64,000 nucleotides of DNA. Origin: Nitrospirales bacterium (GTDB lineage: Bacteria; Nitrospirota; Nitrospiria; Nitrospirales; UBA8639). The stretch lies in assembly GCA_965203295.1 (NCBI GenBank), contig CBDBCZ010000018.1, forward strand, positions 576,001-640,000, read 5' to 3'. Position 1 is the first letter of the stretch, and each line of letters opens with the position of its first letter. Made by a program: the position numbers and the translations under genes. The notes below the pieces were generated by a model. That model was not told the origin of the DNA and searched no databases. It was given only the letters and a program-made list of their open reading frames with translations. Positions 25,850 through 48,000 of this stretch are shown here, piece by piece.

Positions 25850-28080
25850 CTCTTAGAATCCTCTAGAATGTCTAGCGTGGGATGCATACAGGATATTGCT
25901 GAATAGGATGTAAATACAGAACCCAAAGGAATCTGCAAACCTCATGTGTACAACAGGATATTGCCTAATATGGTATAACCTACAGAGGTGAATTTACTAC
26001 AGGGCTGCACGGGAATGGTACGGAAGTAATGGATGGACTTGGAGCAGCCTGAAATACAACCAGGGTGTGTTTAATATTAATTAAGTATTCTATATGGAGC
26101 CTCAAAAACAAATGGGTTGTACATTGGTAATGTGAGGCTTGGGGTTTAAGATAGATATCTTAGAGTGCAAATGGGGCTGGAATGGGTAGATTGGTAATGC
26201 GAGGCCCGGAGTAAGATGGATACAGGACAGCCTGGAATATAACCAGGTGTGTGTTTTCCGATGTTAATTAAGCATTCTAATATGGAGCCTCATCAAAGTA
26301 TTGGGCTAGGAAGTTCTAATTTCCAAGTAGAGATAGTGGTATTAGGAACACCCAATTAGGATAGTTAGAGAACAACAGCTGTAATATCGCTTTTAATTTG
26401 TACGGGAGTCATGCAACAAACCAGTGAAATAATCCTTTAGCCACACTACCAACTCAATATTCTAGTAATATGCATCATGAAATGAATTTAAGCTCCGCCT
26501 ACATTACACCTTACCCTGCCCATGCTTTTACAAGCTGTATAGCAGAGTCAGTGTCAGGCCTTCAATGGGCTGTACATTGGTAATGTGAGGCTCGGGGGAT
26601 ACAGAACAGCCTGGAATACAGAATTAAGCATTCTAATATGGAGCCTCATCAAAGTATTGGGCTAGGAAGTTCTAATTTCCAAAATAGAGATAGTGGTAGT
26701 AGGAACACCCAATTAGGACAGTTAGAGAACAACAGCTGTAACGCTTTTGATTTGTATGGGAGTCATACAACAAACCTGTGAAACAATCCTTTAGACACAT
26801 TTCCACACTCCATATTTTGTGTAAGCCCCTTGAGCTCGCCCTTGGGGGGTGCGAGGTCGGGGTTTACCTGGAACCTCTTGTGTAATACTAGTAAACAGGT
26901 CTAGACCACCTGGTGAATAGGTACTTCCTTTAATGAATAAATTTGTTTGCCCATGCTTTGCTTGAAGTAACAAGGTAGAGCTTCTTGTGTATGTCTTTTC
27001 CTTTACAGTTCCTCTTGGAATCCTCTAGAATGTCAATGTAGCATGGAATGCCTAAAGGATATCCCTGAATAGGATGTTAATTCAGAACCGAAAGGAATCC
27101 GCAAACCTAGTGAAATCATGTGTACAACAGAATATTGCCTTTTATGGAATAACCTACACAGGTGAATTTACTACAGGGGTGCATGGGAATCATAAATACA
27201 ACCAGGGTGTGTTTAATATTAATTAAGTATTCTATATGGAGCCTCAAAAACAAATGGGCTGGGAATAGGTACATTGGTAATGTAAGGCTCGGGGTTAAAG
27301 ATAGATTGGGACATCTTGGAGTGCAAACGGGGCTGGAATGGGTAGATTGGTAACGCGAGGCCTGGAGTCAGATGGACACAGGAAAGCCTGGACTACAACC
27401 AGGTGTGTATTATGAAGCCTCATCAAAGTATCTTGTGTACGTTTGCTGATGTTAATTGAGCATTTTAATATGGAGCCTCATCAAAGTTGTAATTTCCAAG
27501 TACAGTTAGTGATATTAGGAACACCCAGTTAGGACAGTTAAAGAACAAAAGCTATAACACAGTTGTATGGAAGTCATGCAACAAACCAGTGAAACAATCC
27601 TTTAGGTACACTACCACACTCAATATTCTTGTGAAAACCCCTTGGGCTCGCACTTGGGGGGTGCGAGGTTGGGGGGTTACTATGAACTCTCTTGTGTAAT
27701 ACTAGTACATAGGTCTAGGGGGAATTTTAACTAGCTATAGCACACAGACCACCTTGTGAATAAGTGCTTCCTTTCATTAATAAACTTGCTTTGCTTGAAG
27801 TAACAAGGCAGGGCTTCTTGTGATACTATGTCTCTTCCTTTACAGTTTACATGCAGCTGCCTCTTGGAATCCTCTAGAATGTCTATGTAGCACAGGATGC
27901 ATACAGGATATCCCTGAATAGGATTGCCCTTGGGGGTGCAAGGTTGGGGGTTACCTGGAACTCTTTTGTGTAATACTAGTAAATAGGTCTAGGTGGGATT
28001 TTAACTATAGCACACAGACCACCTGGTGAATAGGTGCTTCCTTTCATGAATGGACTTGTTTGCCCTAGCTTAGCTTGAAG
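25850..28080 (+). repeat. Reiterated upstream block of the CUB gene (several full and partial copies)
   Basis: CCTCTT(A/G)GAATCCTCTAGAATGTC begins blocks at ~25849, ~27010 and ~27860 (and 10470); partial copies at 26565-26810 and 27930-28080. Confidence 0.85.
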
Positions 28081-30796
28081 TTGACCAAGCTTCTTTGCAA
28101 GGAAGTTCCTTCACCAGTCTGCACTTTAAAAAGAATGAACACTTCCCTTCCTTGTATTCAGTGCTCAGGAGAAGAACATGTGATGCTTCCTGTTTATGGC
28201 AGTGAGTGTGTACATGAATGGTGACTTCACATAAGAGACAGACATCATGTCTATCTGTGCCGCCCTTTACAGTTCAAAGTTTGAATGGAGCATGCATGGG
28301 TGGAAATAGTTCCTTGTGTGTGGTGACCTACCCTCCTAGCTAAGAGTATATTCCTTCTGTGAAAGAACTATACTAGCATTCCTAGGAGTGGTCCCAATGA
28401 TCACGTATAAAGCTGGTGTACGAGGTGGGCATCTTTTACAGCAGTGCTATATCAAGGCATTACATGGAAGGCATATAATTATGTGAAAGGCATCGCTTAC
28501 TACCCAATAGACATTTTTAACTTAATAAAGGAACGAAGTCCATGTAGCTATACATAATAGACTTTTTACACATGAATAAATACACAGTGGGTAAATGTGA
28601 TGTTACTTACCTACTTCCTTCATCAAGAGTGTGTGCTGCTGAATTTTCTTAGGCTTGACTTTTCCTATATACTTGTCGCATAGCTTGGTGACCACGATGG
28701 TATGAGGCTACCACGATGGATGATAGCTAGCATGGTCCATCGCCTCTTTCTGGAACTTGTACTTGAATGAATACTAGCTAAAACATCTTCAAGTTTTAGC
28801 TACATCTCTCTTCATTCTAGCTTGAAATCAAGCTGATATCCAAGATTGGCTCGGACATACACATAGCGACCAAATCAATGTGTGCTGTTTTACTGTTTCG
28901 GGGATGCAGGTTCTCAGATAGTGTTAGTATTAATATATTTAAATCTTTTCTGCCATTGCTGGTAGCTACAGCAACGGCATTCTAGCTACCTGGACAAAAT
29001 TTGCAACTGATCCTCTGAGCGGCCAAAGTAGCTAGTGTTGTCTTGAATGTATACTGTAATTAGAACATTGTCACACACTTGGTTGTTAGGTACAGACTCT
29101 GAGCAAGTTATGTTCACCAGAGACTGATTGAACTGAAACTTATCACGGTTGCATTTGATGGCTGTGATATCTATCATTGCTTTAATCCCTGATCTGTACA
29201 CTATTCGCATACAGATAACTTCTTGGCACCAACAATTGGGAGAAATGTCACTGAAATCAATGGGATGTTCACAGTCTTCAACAATGTCTTTCATCATCTT
29301 AAACCCTAGCATAACGTATCCAAACAGTCACTGCTGGCCTAGACATATAGGTCTCTGTCACAGTATAGCTAGAACAGCAGCTGCTGTTCTATACTGTGAC
29401 AGAGACCTACATGTCTTGTGACTACACATGCATGAAAGTTTATGCAATATCCCACTGTTGGTCAGTTATACCCGCTAGCTAACTATACCTAGAACGATCC
29501 TTGCCTCAACCTGAACCTTGATGTTTATTTAGCTAGTAGTATGAGTATTCAGGCAGAACTAAAGCTCTGGATTATAGCCTGAGTTACTATATACAGGCGA
29601 TTGCTGTACGTATTATGATGAAATCTAACGGTGCCTCGCAGTTATTCTAGGTCCTGTTCTTTTCTTAGGATATAAAACATGGAACAGAAATAAAGAATTT
29701 AGCATCATTTATTAATATAATTAGCTATTAGAAAATAACATTCTTTTGAAAGGTAGTATATTTACAATGCATACCATAGCTTCGTACATACAGTGTAGAT
29801 ATAAAACTCTTCTCCATAATATACAAAACTTCCATTGTTTCAGCAAGAGCTGATTTGATGATTTGCTGTTAGAGTATATAAGCGATCTGAAATCTACTAC
29901 TGTAACACGCATACACCTTGATGAGTCGCGAGAAATTGTTCTATAGCTATGTACATGGAGCTGCTGAGACGGAAACTCATGAATAATTTATATACTAGAC
30001 TAATACAATCAATACCCTATCTTGCTTCCCCGCAAAGTGGAACTTAAATTTATTGTCACTAAGTTGACGGCGGGAGTTCTGCACTTGTGCATATACAAGT
30101 ATCATCAATAATAGTCTCGTTCCCAGACCTCCCGCGCCGATCCTGTAACTGTTAGAGTAGAAAATCTACTACACGCATACACCTTGATGAGTCGCGAAAA
30201 ATTGTTCTATATATGTACGTACGTACAAGGAACTGCTGAGACGGCAACTCATGAATAATTAAAATTTTATATACTAGTATTACACTACATACAACTGAAT
30301 ACCCTATCTATAATAATGGATGTTACCGCCCAAATAGGAGACGCATCGAGGAGGGCATCGCGCACGAGACTGGGAGCTGCTCGCGCGTAACAACAATGGC
30401 CATTATTCTATACGCGCGCGCACCATCGTAGGCATTGTCCGTGACTCCATTGTTGCACATTGCGGCTGATGGTGCAGAGCTACTTCGCTGGTGACGGATA
30501 CTTTCTGTTCGCCTGCAAATTTCGGCTCGCCTACTGGCGCTGTTCGAAATGGCAACTGCCGCACGAGATTGGTTCGTCTGCTCAGTCGCACTGTTGTGTC
30601 TGTCTGTGATTGTTGAAGGTGCTCGGTTAGAAGACTGTCCAGGGTCTATGCCGCCTGATAACTTTACAACGTAAGTACATAACGACATGCAGTGAATTGT
30701 TAGGGGGCGTGGCTACATATAAGGTAACTGAGTGCTGTTCAAAATCTTTGCGTCACTGCTCAGAGCTATGGAAAAGCGACTTCAAAAGCCTAATTA

Positions 30797-40533
<9,737 letters not shown>

Positions 40534-41295
40534 GAACAATGAAGTAGAACTGTGTGATGTATCCACGACTATTAAGTTATAAAACGTGTAGCTATCTACT
40601 TTGTCGCATCATGACTCAATTGTACCAATAGCTAGCACCAGTATCTCACAGTTTATGTTAGAAATTGCCATGAGTAGATTGACTTTGGTTTGCTAGCTTG
40701 ACTGTTGCTAATCTGAGTGTTGTTTCTTTACTGTACCACTTTACCTGTTTATACCTAACTGTGATTTATACCTCTAAATATAATGAATTCTTGATTCAAA
40801 TGTAGCTATACCTATAACAGGTTGTGACGAGAGCCTTGGTACACTCTTATCTGCATGTACCACAAGCTGTATGCTTCATTATGGGTAGAAGTGGGATATC
40901 CATGCATGCCTAAAACAAATCGGATGGAGGGCCACACACAATTCCTCCTCCTACACACACCACGCACATCAATAGCCTCGTTCCCGGCCCCCTCCGACTT
41001 TTTCGAGGGGGGCCGGGCACATCAACTCCTGAAGAGTTCAAAAATGAAAACTCACATTTCACTGCCGCACAGGAGGCTATATATACCAATGCTGTAGTGG
41101 ACCGTTCGGGAAAGTCACTGGCTTATTTTATCAGGCACATGAAGGCAATTCAATGTCCATTCCAATGTCTGCGGCTTTAGCGATGTAGCTAAGTAAGTGG
41201 GAAGATACTTTTTCAACAAGAAGAGTGCCGGGCTAAAAACAGGAAAGCCCAAAGAGTATCGCGTTAAACAAAATAGTTACTGTCCCCTTTGTAAT

Positions 41296-41381
41296 AGTTA
41301 AAGGTCAGTTTGGGTGAGGGGAATTTAAAGTCCGAGGCGAAGCCGAGGATTTTAACCCCTCACCCAAACTGACCTTTAACT
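41296..41381. repeat. Palindrome with 26-bp perfect arms and central CCGAGGCGAAGCCGAGG
   Basis: AGTTAAAGGTCAGTTTGGGTGAGGGG / CCCCTCACCCAAACTGACCTTTAACT. Confidence 0.85.
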
Positions 41382-41508
41382 GATTTAATGTACATTGGTA
41401 TAGCAATGATCCCTGTATGTGGCCTCCTTTGAGTGCTATAAGTGTGGGAAAAAGTGGTTGCCACGGTAATGTACATTAAGTATGGTAAGAACAATTGAGC
41501 TGTTTTAA

Positions 41509-42464
41509 GGTAGGAAGAGCCTCACCTGGAATCCACAATTCAAATGGACGGCTTTGTTGATAACATGAAAGTCTACCTCGAATTGACCAAAATTTTGCAT
41601 CTAGCCACACCTCCTGCTAAATAATCCACAAAAGCGCAATTTCGGGTTGCTTTAAAATACGAGAAATTTTGGAATCTGCTAGAGCCCCACCCACAGTCTG
41701 GCAACAACACCAGTACCTACAGAGGACAGGCTACAAACGTAGGGATGCTTTTTCACAGGAATGCTTCAAAGCCAGTTTTACAGCCCTGAACGCATCCAAC
41801 CACCCCAAAACCCTCATTTTCGCTATCCTGACTTTCAAAAAAAATTCGGCAACCGCCCACGCTCACCCGACGAATTCGAGCCCTGCATTACAAACTTCAA
41901 CCTACTCCCACAAAAATTAGGAATGCGATTTTTCATTCACCCCTCGGTTTCTGAGAACCACCCACCAAAGCTCTCCCTATAAATCTCCACAGATTTTCAC
42001 ACAACTAGCTATTCGAGCTAATTTTAAAAAAATGGGCGGGGCCTACAGACCCGAAAGGTGACTATTCTAGCCTACCTGAGATGGGCAACAACCTGCCACT
42101 ATCCGTCTGTCTGGCTGACTTCTAGCCACTCGGGCAGCCTAACAAACTTCTACAACACACTAGCTAGCTATTCTGACATAAAAAGCCTACTCACAATTCT
42201 ATGATGTCATATCTTCTTTTTTACAACAAAAAAGTGTTGAAAGCCAACATCAGAGTACCGCTCAACCACATCAAAGTGCCGATATCGCATATGAAAGAGC
42301 CGCTATCCACATCAAAGTGACACACCCCTCCTGTTGATTCCGGTTGCCGCCATGGGAAAATGCAAACATATCAATGAATCTAATTAGCGCCACGTGAGTG
42401 ACGTCGTCTCATTAATTATTCATGAGGAGAATCACGCGGATTCGAAGGTGAGGCTCTTCCTACC
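41509..42464. mobile_element. Non-autonomous Kolobok-like DNA transposon
   Basis: TTAA TSD with GG...CC termini and TIR GGTAGGAAGAGCCTCACCT. TTAA plus purine-purine termini is the Kolobok pattern. Confidence 0.8.
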
Positions 42465-42839
42465 TTAACAGCAGCTATATTTCCCGCTAAGCTCATCAGT
42501 GAACTCAGTCTGAAAAGACGTGAAGCCACATTATGCTTGCACGTCAACAACTGCTGAGCTGAAGTAGTGTTGCTCCTTCAGACAATGGATGATGGTTTGA
42601 GTGTTGATTACATGTAAAGCATGCATGGCAGCATTTGCAGAAGACAAAACCGAGAACACCAAGAGGCTTTCTCTTTCCGATGAATTGGTAGCTACCTTAA
42701 TTTGATGAAGTGCTCTCCTACATCAACTACGACTGCGACTTCACCTTAGCCTGGAAAAGAACTTTCTTTACAAGGTCACAAAAGTTTGTGAGGATCTTCG
42801 CAAGAGTAGGTAAAAGGAGCAAGCTCGTTCTCCTGCACA

Positions 42840-43880
42840 CACAGCAAAATCTGTTATTCTGAATCAGAACTATTTCAGTTTTGTATCAGTTTCGGTGTAA
42901 CAGAGCGGTAGTATAGTACCATATCTGAAGGCTTGGGCAATGAACTGTTACGTTCTGATAGTACACATCTGAATCAGACAATGCTAATAACAATGTCAGT
43001 TACGTACGCGTTCTGATACATTACTGAAAGCGTACTGAACTGTATCACATCTGATGCCTGCTACAGGAGTAGTAATCAAAACGCATCTGATTCAGCCTGA
43101 GTGTTACGGTTGTGCAGCAGCGTTCAGTTACACTAGTGAAAGTTCCCTGAACTGTATCACATGTGATCCAATTTTTATTTAAATAGCCACAGGAATAACA
43201 ATTTTTACAGAAGAAAAGAAATGTGACTTATACAAAAAAAATCTAATAGTACAAAGAATTAGTTCAGTCATGGAAAGCTACAAATGTCTACATCCATTTG
43301 TTCACACTCTATTCTACGACTCATAAACTTGCAAGTGTTTGTGCACATATACGACAGACAGTAATGTCTGTCGTATTATGTGCACAAACACTTGTACTCA
43401 TAACAGGTATATTGTATCATGTAAGTAACACTCAACGTCATCAATAGGTGACATTACTTTCAAGCTAGCTTACGAATCATCTGATACTGACCTGAACCCG
43501 TACACATCTGCATCAGATCTGTTCTACACTCTATTCTACGACTCATAAACAGACACTACTGTCTGAATGCTACTGTCTGTCGTATATGTGCACAAACACT
43601 TGTACTTATAAGTAACACTCAATGTCATCAATAGGTGACATTACTTTCAAGCTAGCTTACAAAACGGTGCCACTGATCTGATACTGACCTGAACCCGTAC
43701 ACAGATCTGTTCTACAGTTCTGATTCAGCAAGTACAATATCAAGATATTGTGGTTCATGCTGAACTGATACAGAAATGTACTTACATTTCTGATACTGAT
43801 CTGCTGCAACTACAGTAAGCTTACTGATTCAGTACAGTATTCATATCTGTATCATACGTTTCTGAATATTTTTGCCTGCG
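42840..43880. mobile_element. Possible EnSpm/CACTA-like non-autonomous element
   Basis: Starts CACAGCAAAAT, ends ATTTTTGCCTGCG; dense TCTGA/TCAGA repeats; internal tandem duplication ~43300-43710. Confidence 0.45.
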
Positions 43881-43921
43881 ATACCTCGCGATACTGACTG
43901 TTAGGTAAGCGTTTGACGCAA

Positions 43922-43981
43922 GGGAATTTCCCTTGTCGCTTCGCCGGCCCTAGGCACGAGAAGGGGAACTCCCTCACGTCA
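43922..43981 (+). promoter_or_regulatory. Two kB-like sites and a CRE/ATF-like site upstream of Death-domain gene A
   Basis: GGGAATTTCCC (43922-43932), GGGGAACTCCC (43963-43973), TCACGTCA (43974-43981); CpG-rich region with a candidate 5' UTR exon donor CCAG|GTAATG at 44120. Confidence 0.6.
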
Positions 43982-44288
43982 TTTAGCCAAACTTTGTGCT
44001 TTACTATATACGTGTAGTGTTTCGTGGGGCGCGCACGGCAGAACCGGCAGTCAACCATCGTAAACGACAGTCAGGCAGTCTGTTAATAGACCGGGTCGAT
44101 GCGGTCGTACTTCCGACCAGGTAATGTACCGAGTAACGCTTCCCTTCACTGTGTGAACCCACTGACACTGGGGCAGCATGCTATGATGCCACACTGCCTG
44201 TAGCGTAATGTACCATATGACCTTAATATCTCCTAGCTACTGGTCTAGGACAATGTTCCAGAGTGGGTTTATACATCTTAGTACTAAT

Positions 44289-44356
<68 letters not shown>

Positions 44357-45021
44357 TTGCACTGCTCCTCAATAGTACCTAAGTATTGCGTGGAATTATC
44401 GGACATTAGGCATGCTCTCTATGGATACCCCACCCACTTTTTTTTACCTATGATTAGGACTTCATATACTACTGGGATATGCATGCATGTATGTCCACAG
44501 GTCAAGGCCATGAATAAACCATCCAGCGACTAGTTGTTTATGAGATTCAGTGCATAAGTATCAGCTGTATCTTACGGCGTTGTGGTTAAGGTTTCCGAAA
44601 TTGTCTCAAAACAAGCATTGTTACTTTACAACCTACTCCCAGATCCGCAGCTATAGACTGCTTTGTGTAAGCTACGGATTCGTTGTCCTGCCAACAACTC
44701 AAGACTACCCAGGACACGAACTGACAATTGAGTAAATTGTTAGGTAATTCTACATTAATGTGTACATGCACGGAGGCTAACCCATAACTATGCTTGAAGA
44801 TGGAAAAGTCATGAAATGCATATGCATGCCTGTAACTGTACAGGTGCAGTACAGTAATAAACTAGCTAGCTCTTGCTTAAAGTTCATTCTACTGATTTCT
44901 ATAACCCTTTAATCATTGAAATAAGTTGATGATTGTATCACATAACTGTTCTTATAGACAAAATACACATGGTGTGATATTTTTTTTACTGATGTAATTA
45001 TATTTACTTACAGGTGATGAA

Positions 45022-48000
45022 ATGGCTAGTACAAAGAGTCCAGTTTTCTTCAATCCCAACACCACATACTACAGAAGCCACTTTGCCCTCAAGACAATAA
45101 TTCAGCTAGTTTCTGAACAGGACGAGCCACCAAGCCGCAGTTTTCAGCTAGACTTTGCTCCTGTCTGGTCTGACATTTGCCAGATGCTGCGGTGGTATGG
45201 AGCTAACCAGGTGGGCAAGCTCAGGACTGCACCTGACACACTCATGGAGGTGCAGTTTGCTTCAGACAAAGCCCTGAAGAAGTTTCTGCAGTCCCAGCAG
45301 AAGATAGAGACAGCTATGGCCGAGGTCATGACTGCAAGATTGCGTACCAACAAGCTTCAGGCAAGCAGAATGTATATTGCTATAGTGTGCATGTAATCTC
45401 TGTATACATCTTTGAGACGAACATGGTTAACGTGTACAATGTACGCTTTGTTTACCAACAGGATCCAAGCACCACCTTTAAGGCCTCCACTATGCTGTTA
45501 CTGGTAACTCCAAATGATACAACCGGCAGCACTGAATTTAGACCAGTCACGCTAGCAAACCATCGCAACTGTGTGTCCCTCTACATCAAGAGTAAGATGG
45601 CTGAGCTACCTAGTGACCCTGACACTGCATTGAAAACAGGTAGGTCGCCTGCAACAAGAATTTAATTTTAGCTATATTGTTCGTAGATTTATTAAAACGA
45701 CAGTGAAAAACAGTAGATGCAAGCCATACTTCTTTTCAGGACTTATGTTTTCATTTTGAAACAGTTTAGTGTAAACGTAAAACAAATTTTTATTATAGTA
45801 TATATGGGGCATAGTATTATTGGTGGTCTTTAAAAACTTAAATTTTATAACTTCCGTTTTTAAATGCAGCTCCTGAGGATGTGTTAACGGAGGACGACTT
45901 GCCAGAGCTGATGAAGCTTCTGTCTGATGTCGTGGACTGGCATGGTTTGGGTCTCTTCCTTGGAATACCACCTCACAAGCTACAGATGATAGAGAGTGAC
46001 CTCTCAGGTGCACAAGTTGGGCGTACGCTGCGGCTATTGTCGTGTGTTCTGGTGGAGTGGATGCAGAACCACCAGGAAGCAACATGGTCTACTCTGGTTC
46101 ATGCACTTTCGTCAATCGGGAAGAGACCAGCTGCACGCAGAATTGCACATGAATATGGTATGTGTGTATATGATGCTACACTTTAGCTACTCCTACGTAA
46201 AATCTAGTGGCTCATTTGATTGTTTCTTTCTACTGTACATGTAGGCATCCATATTCCAGATGAGTCTGTGTTGAAAGATCTTACCCCAGAAGAGGTATGG
46301 ACCAAATTTTTACATTACTGCATGCCACATTAGTGCACAGTAATGCACTTCAATTCTTTTGTTTAGAGTGAAAAGCTGCAGGAAATACTAGAGGAAATAA
46401 AGAAGGTGCTAAATAGCCAGCCCAGTGATATGGAAATGGTAAAAATACAAAATGCCATTAAGGAAGCTCAACAAAAGAAACAACTAACATTGAAAACCTT
46501 TGCCTCTATTGTTGAAGATACTATTTCCAAAGTGAAAGTGCTCTTAGCAGAAAAAAAAATGCTGGAGGATCGAATTAGTGACAAAGAAAGGCAATTACAG
46601 GAGCTCAGAGAGGGGCAGGGGGCAACCGCTTCTTCACTGAAGCAGGAAGTAACAGAGCTGAAGCAGCAGCTGCTGGAAACAAATGAGCAGCTTAGTGCTG
46701 TTACGGTTCAACATAGCAGTGAGCTTTTCAAAAAATCTTCAGAAATTCATGCCTTAACCAGCCAAACCCAGCAGTTGATGAGTGAAAATGATAAACTAGG
46801 TGCAGTCCTATGCAGTAATATTACACTCATTAAAAGTCTGGAAACCTCAAGTTCATCTCTGATCCAATTAACTACCAATCTGCAGGTTAGTATTATTATG
46901 ACTAAATCCTACTATGCATGCACTGAATTCCGATTTTTCAACCACACTTCTGTAGCTCAGTCTGGATATGGCACTGCAACACCAGCAGCAATTAACATCT
47001 CAAATACAACAGCAGGAAGAACAACATGAGCATGAGGTTGCTGCATTGCGAGAGAAAGTGCACGTGCAGCAGAAACGAGATGAGCAGCATTCCAGCAGCC
47101 CAGAGCTTCTTGATAGCCTCAAGCAGATCAGCGATTATGCACTCAAGCAGTTAGATCTTCTGTCAGAAGAAAAACCTCAGGTAATATTCCAGAAGAGCCT
47201 AGTAGTAAAAGTTTGCATAAACTCATGAAATTCACAAGCTACAATCAAGATAAAATCTTAAAAAAAGCCTACATGGTTAAAGTGTAGACAGCCACATTTT
47301 ACCTAGAGGCCATAATATTACTGTGGCTGGCGTTAGACCAGTATTTATAGCTAATTGGTCTTGCCTCAACCAGAGATGTCTAGTGTGCTGTTGTTGAGAG
47401 CCAGTAGGTCTGTCCAGCCTAAACATGTAAAACTTCACATTCAAAACTGGAACTCTTTTATTGCCATTATCATTGTCATTTTCAATAGTCAGCCAAACAG
47501 CAACCTGATAAATGCAGTTGTATACAGGAGAAATTCAAAACCATTAGCCTTAGGTGTTCAGGCATGTCAAATATCAGTTTATCGAGCTATACTTCCTCCA
47601 CGCTTAGCCTGAGGAGCGTCTAGCAGAGCCCCACCCAGTCCTGGAGCAACACACCTGCCAGATGCAGATCCCCAAGGGCCACAACCCTCGTAAACAAGGC
47701 TGGAAAGACGTGGTACGTTGCCCACCTGACAAAATGTAGTGATCAAGACACTTGCTGTATATTAAGATGTAGTTATCCCTTCCATCGCATTCACCTACTA
47801 TTCTGCTCCCCATGTAGGTTATGGTGATATCATTCACAATGAGGAGGCTTCGGATTTTTGGGAAGGAGGAAGAGATTGAAGCAGGCCCTCCAATCACCAC
47901 TTTCGAGTTCAGGTACATACCGAAGAGTTCGTATCAAGCGCCCATGGGCAGGGAACCTTAGAATGCAGTGAAAGAGGGGGGTAGGCGCTCACTACATATC

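Noticed and set aside
28080..30700. ORFs at 28986-29312 and 30323-30688 and other coding-like remnants
   Set aside because: No recognisable domain or consistent exon chain; probably decayed transposon sequence.
44501..44731. Upstream exon of the Death-domain genes as coding sequence
   Set aside because: Early stops and several indels between paralogs; treated as 5' UTR.
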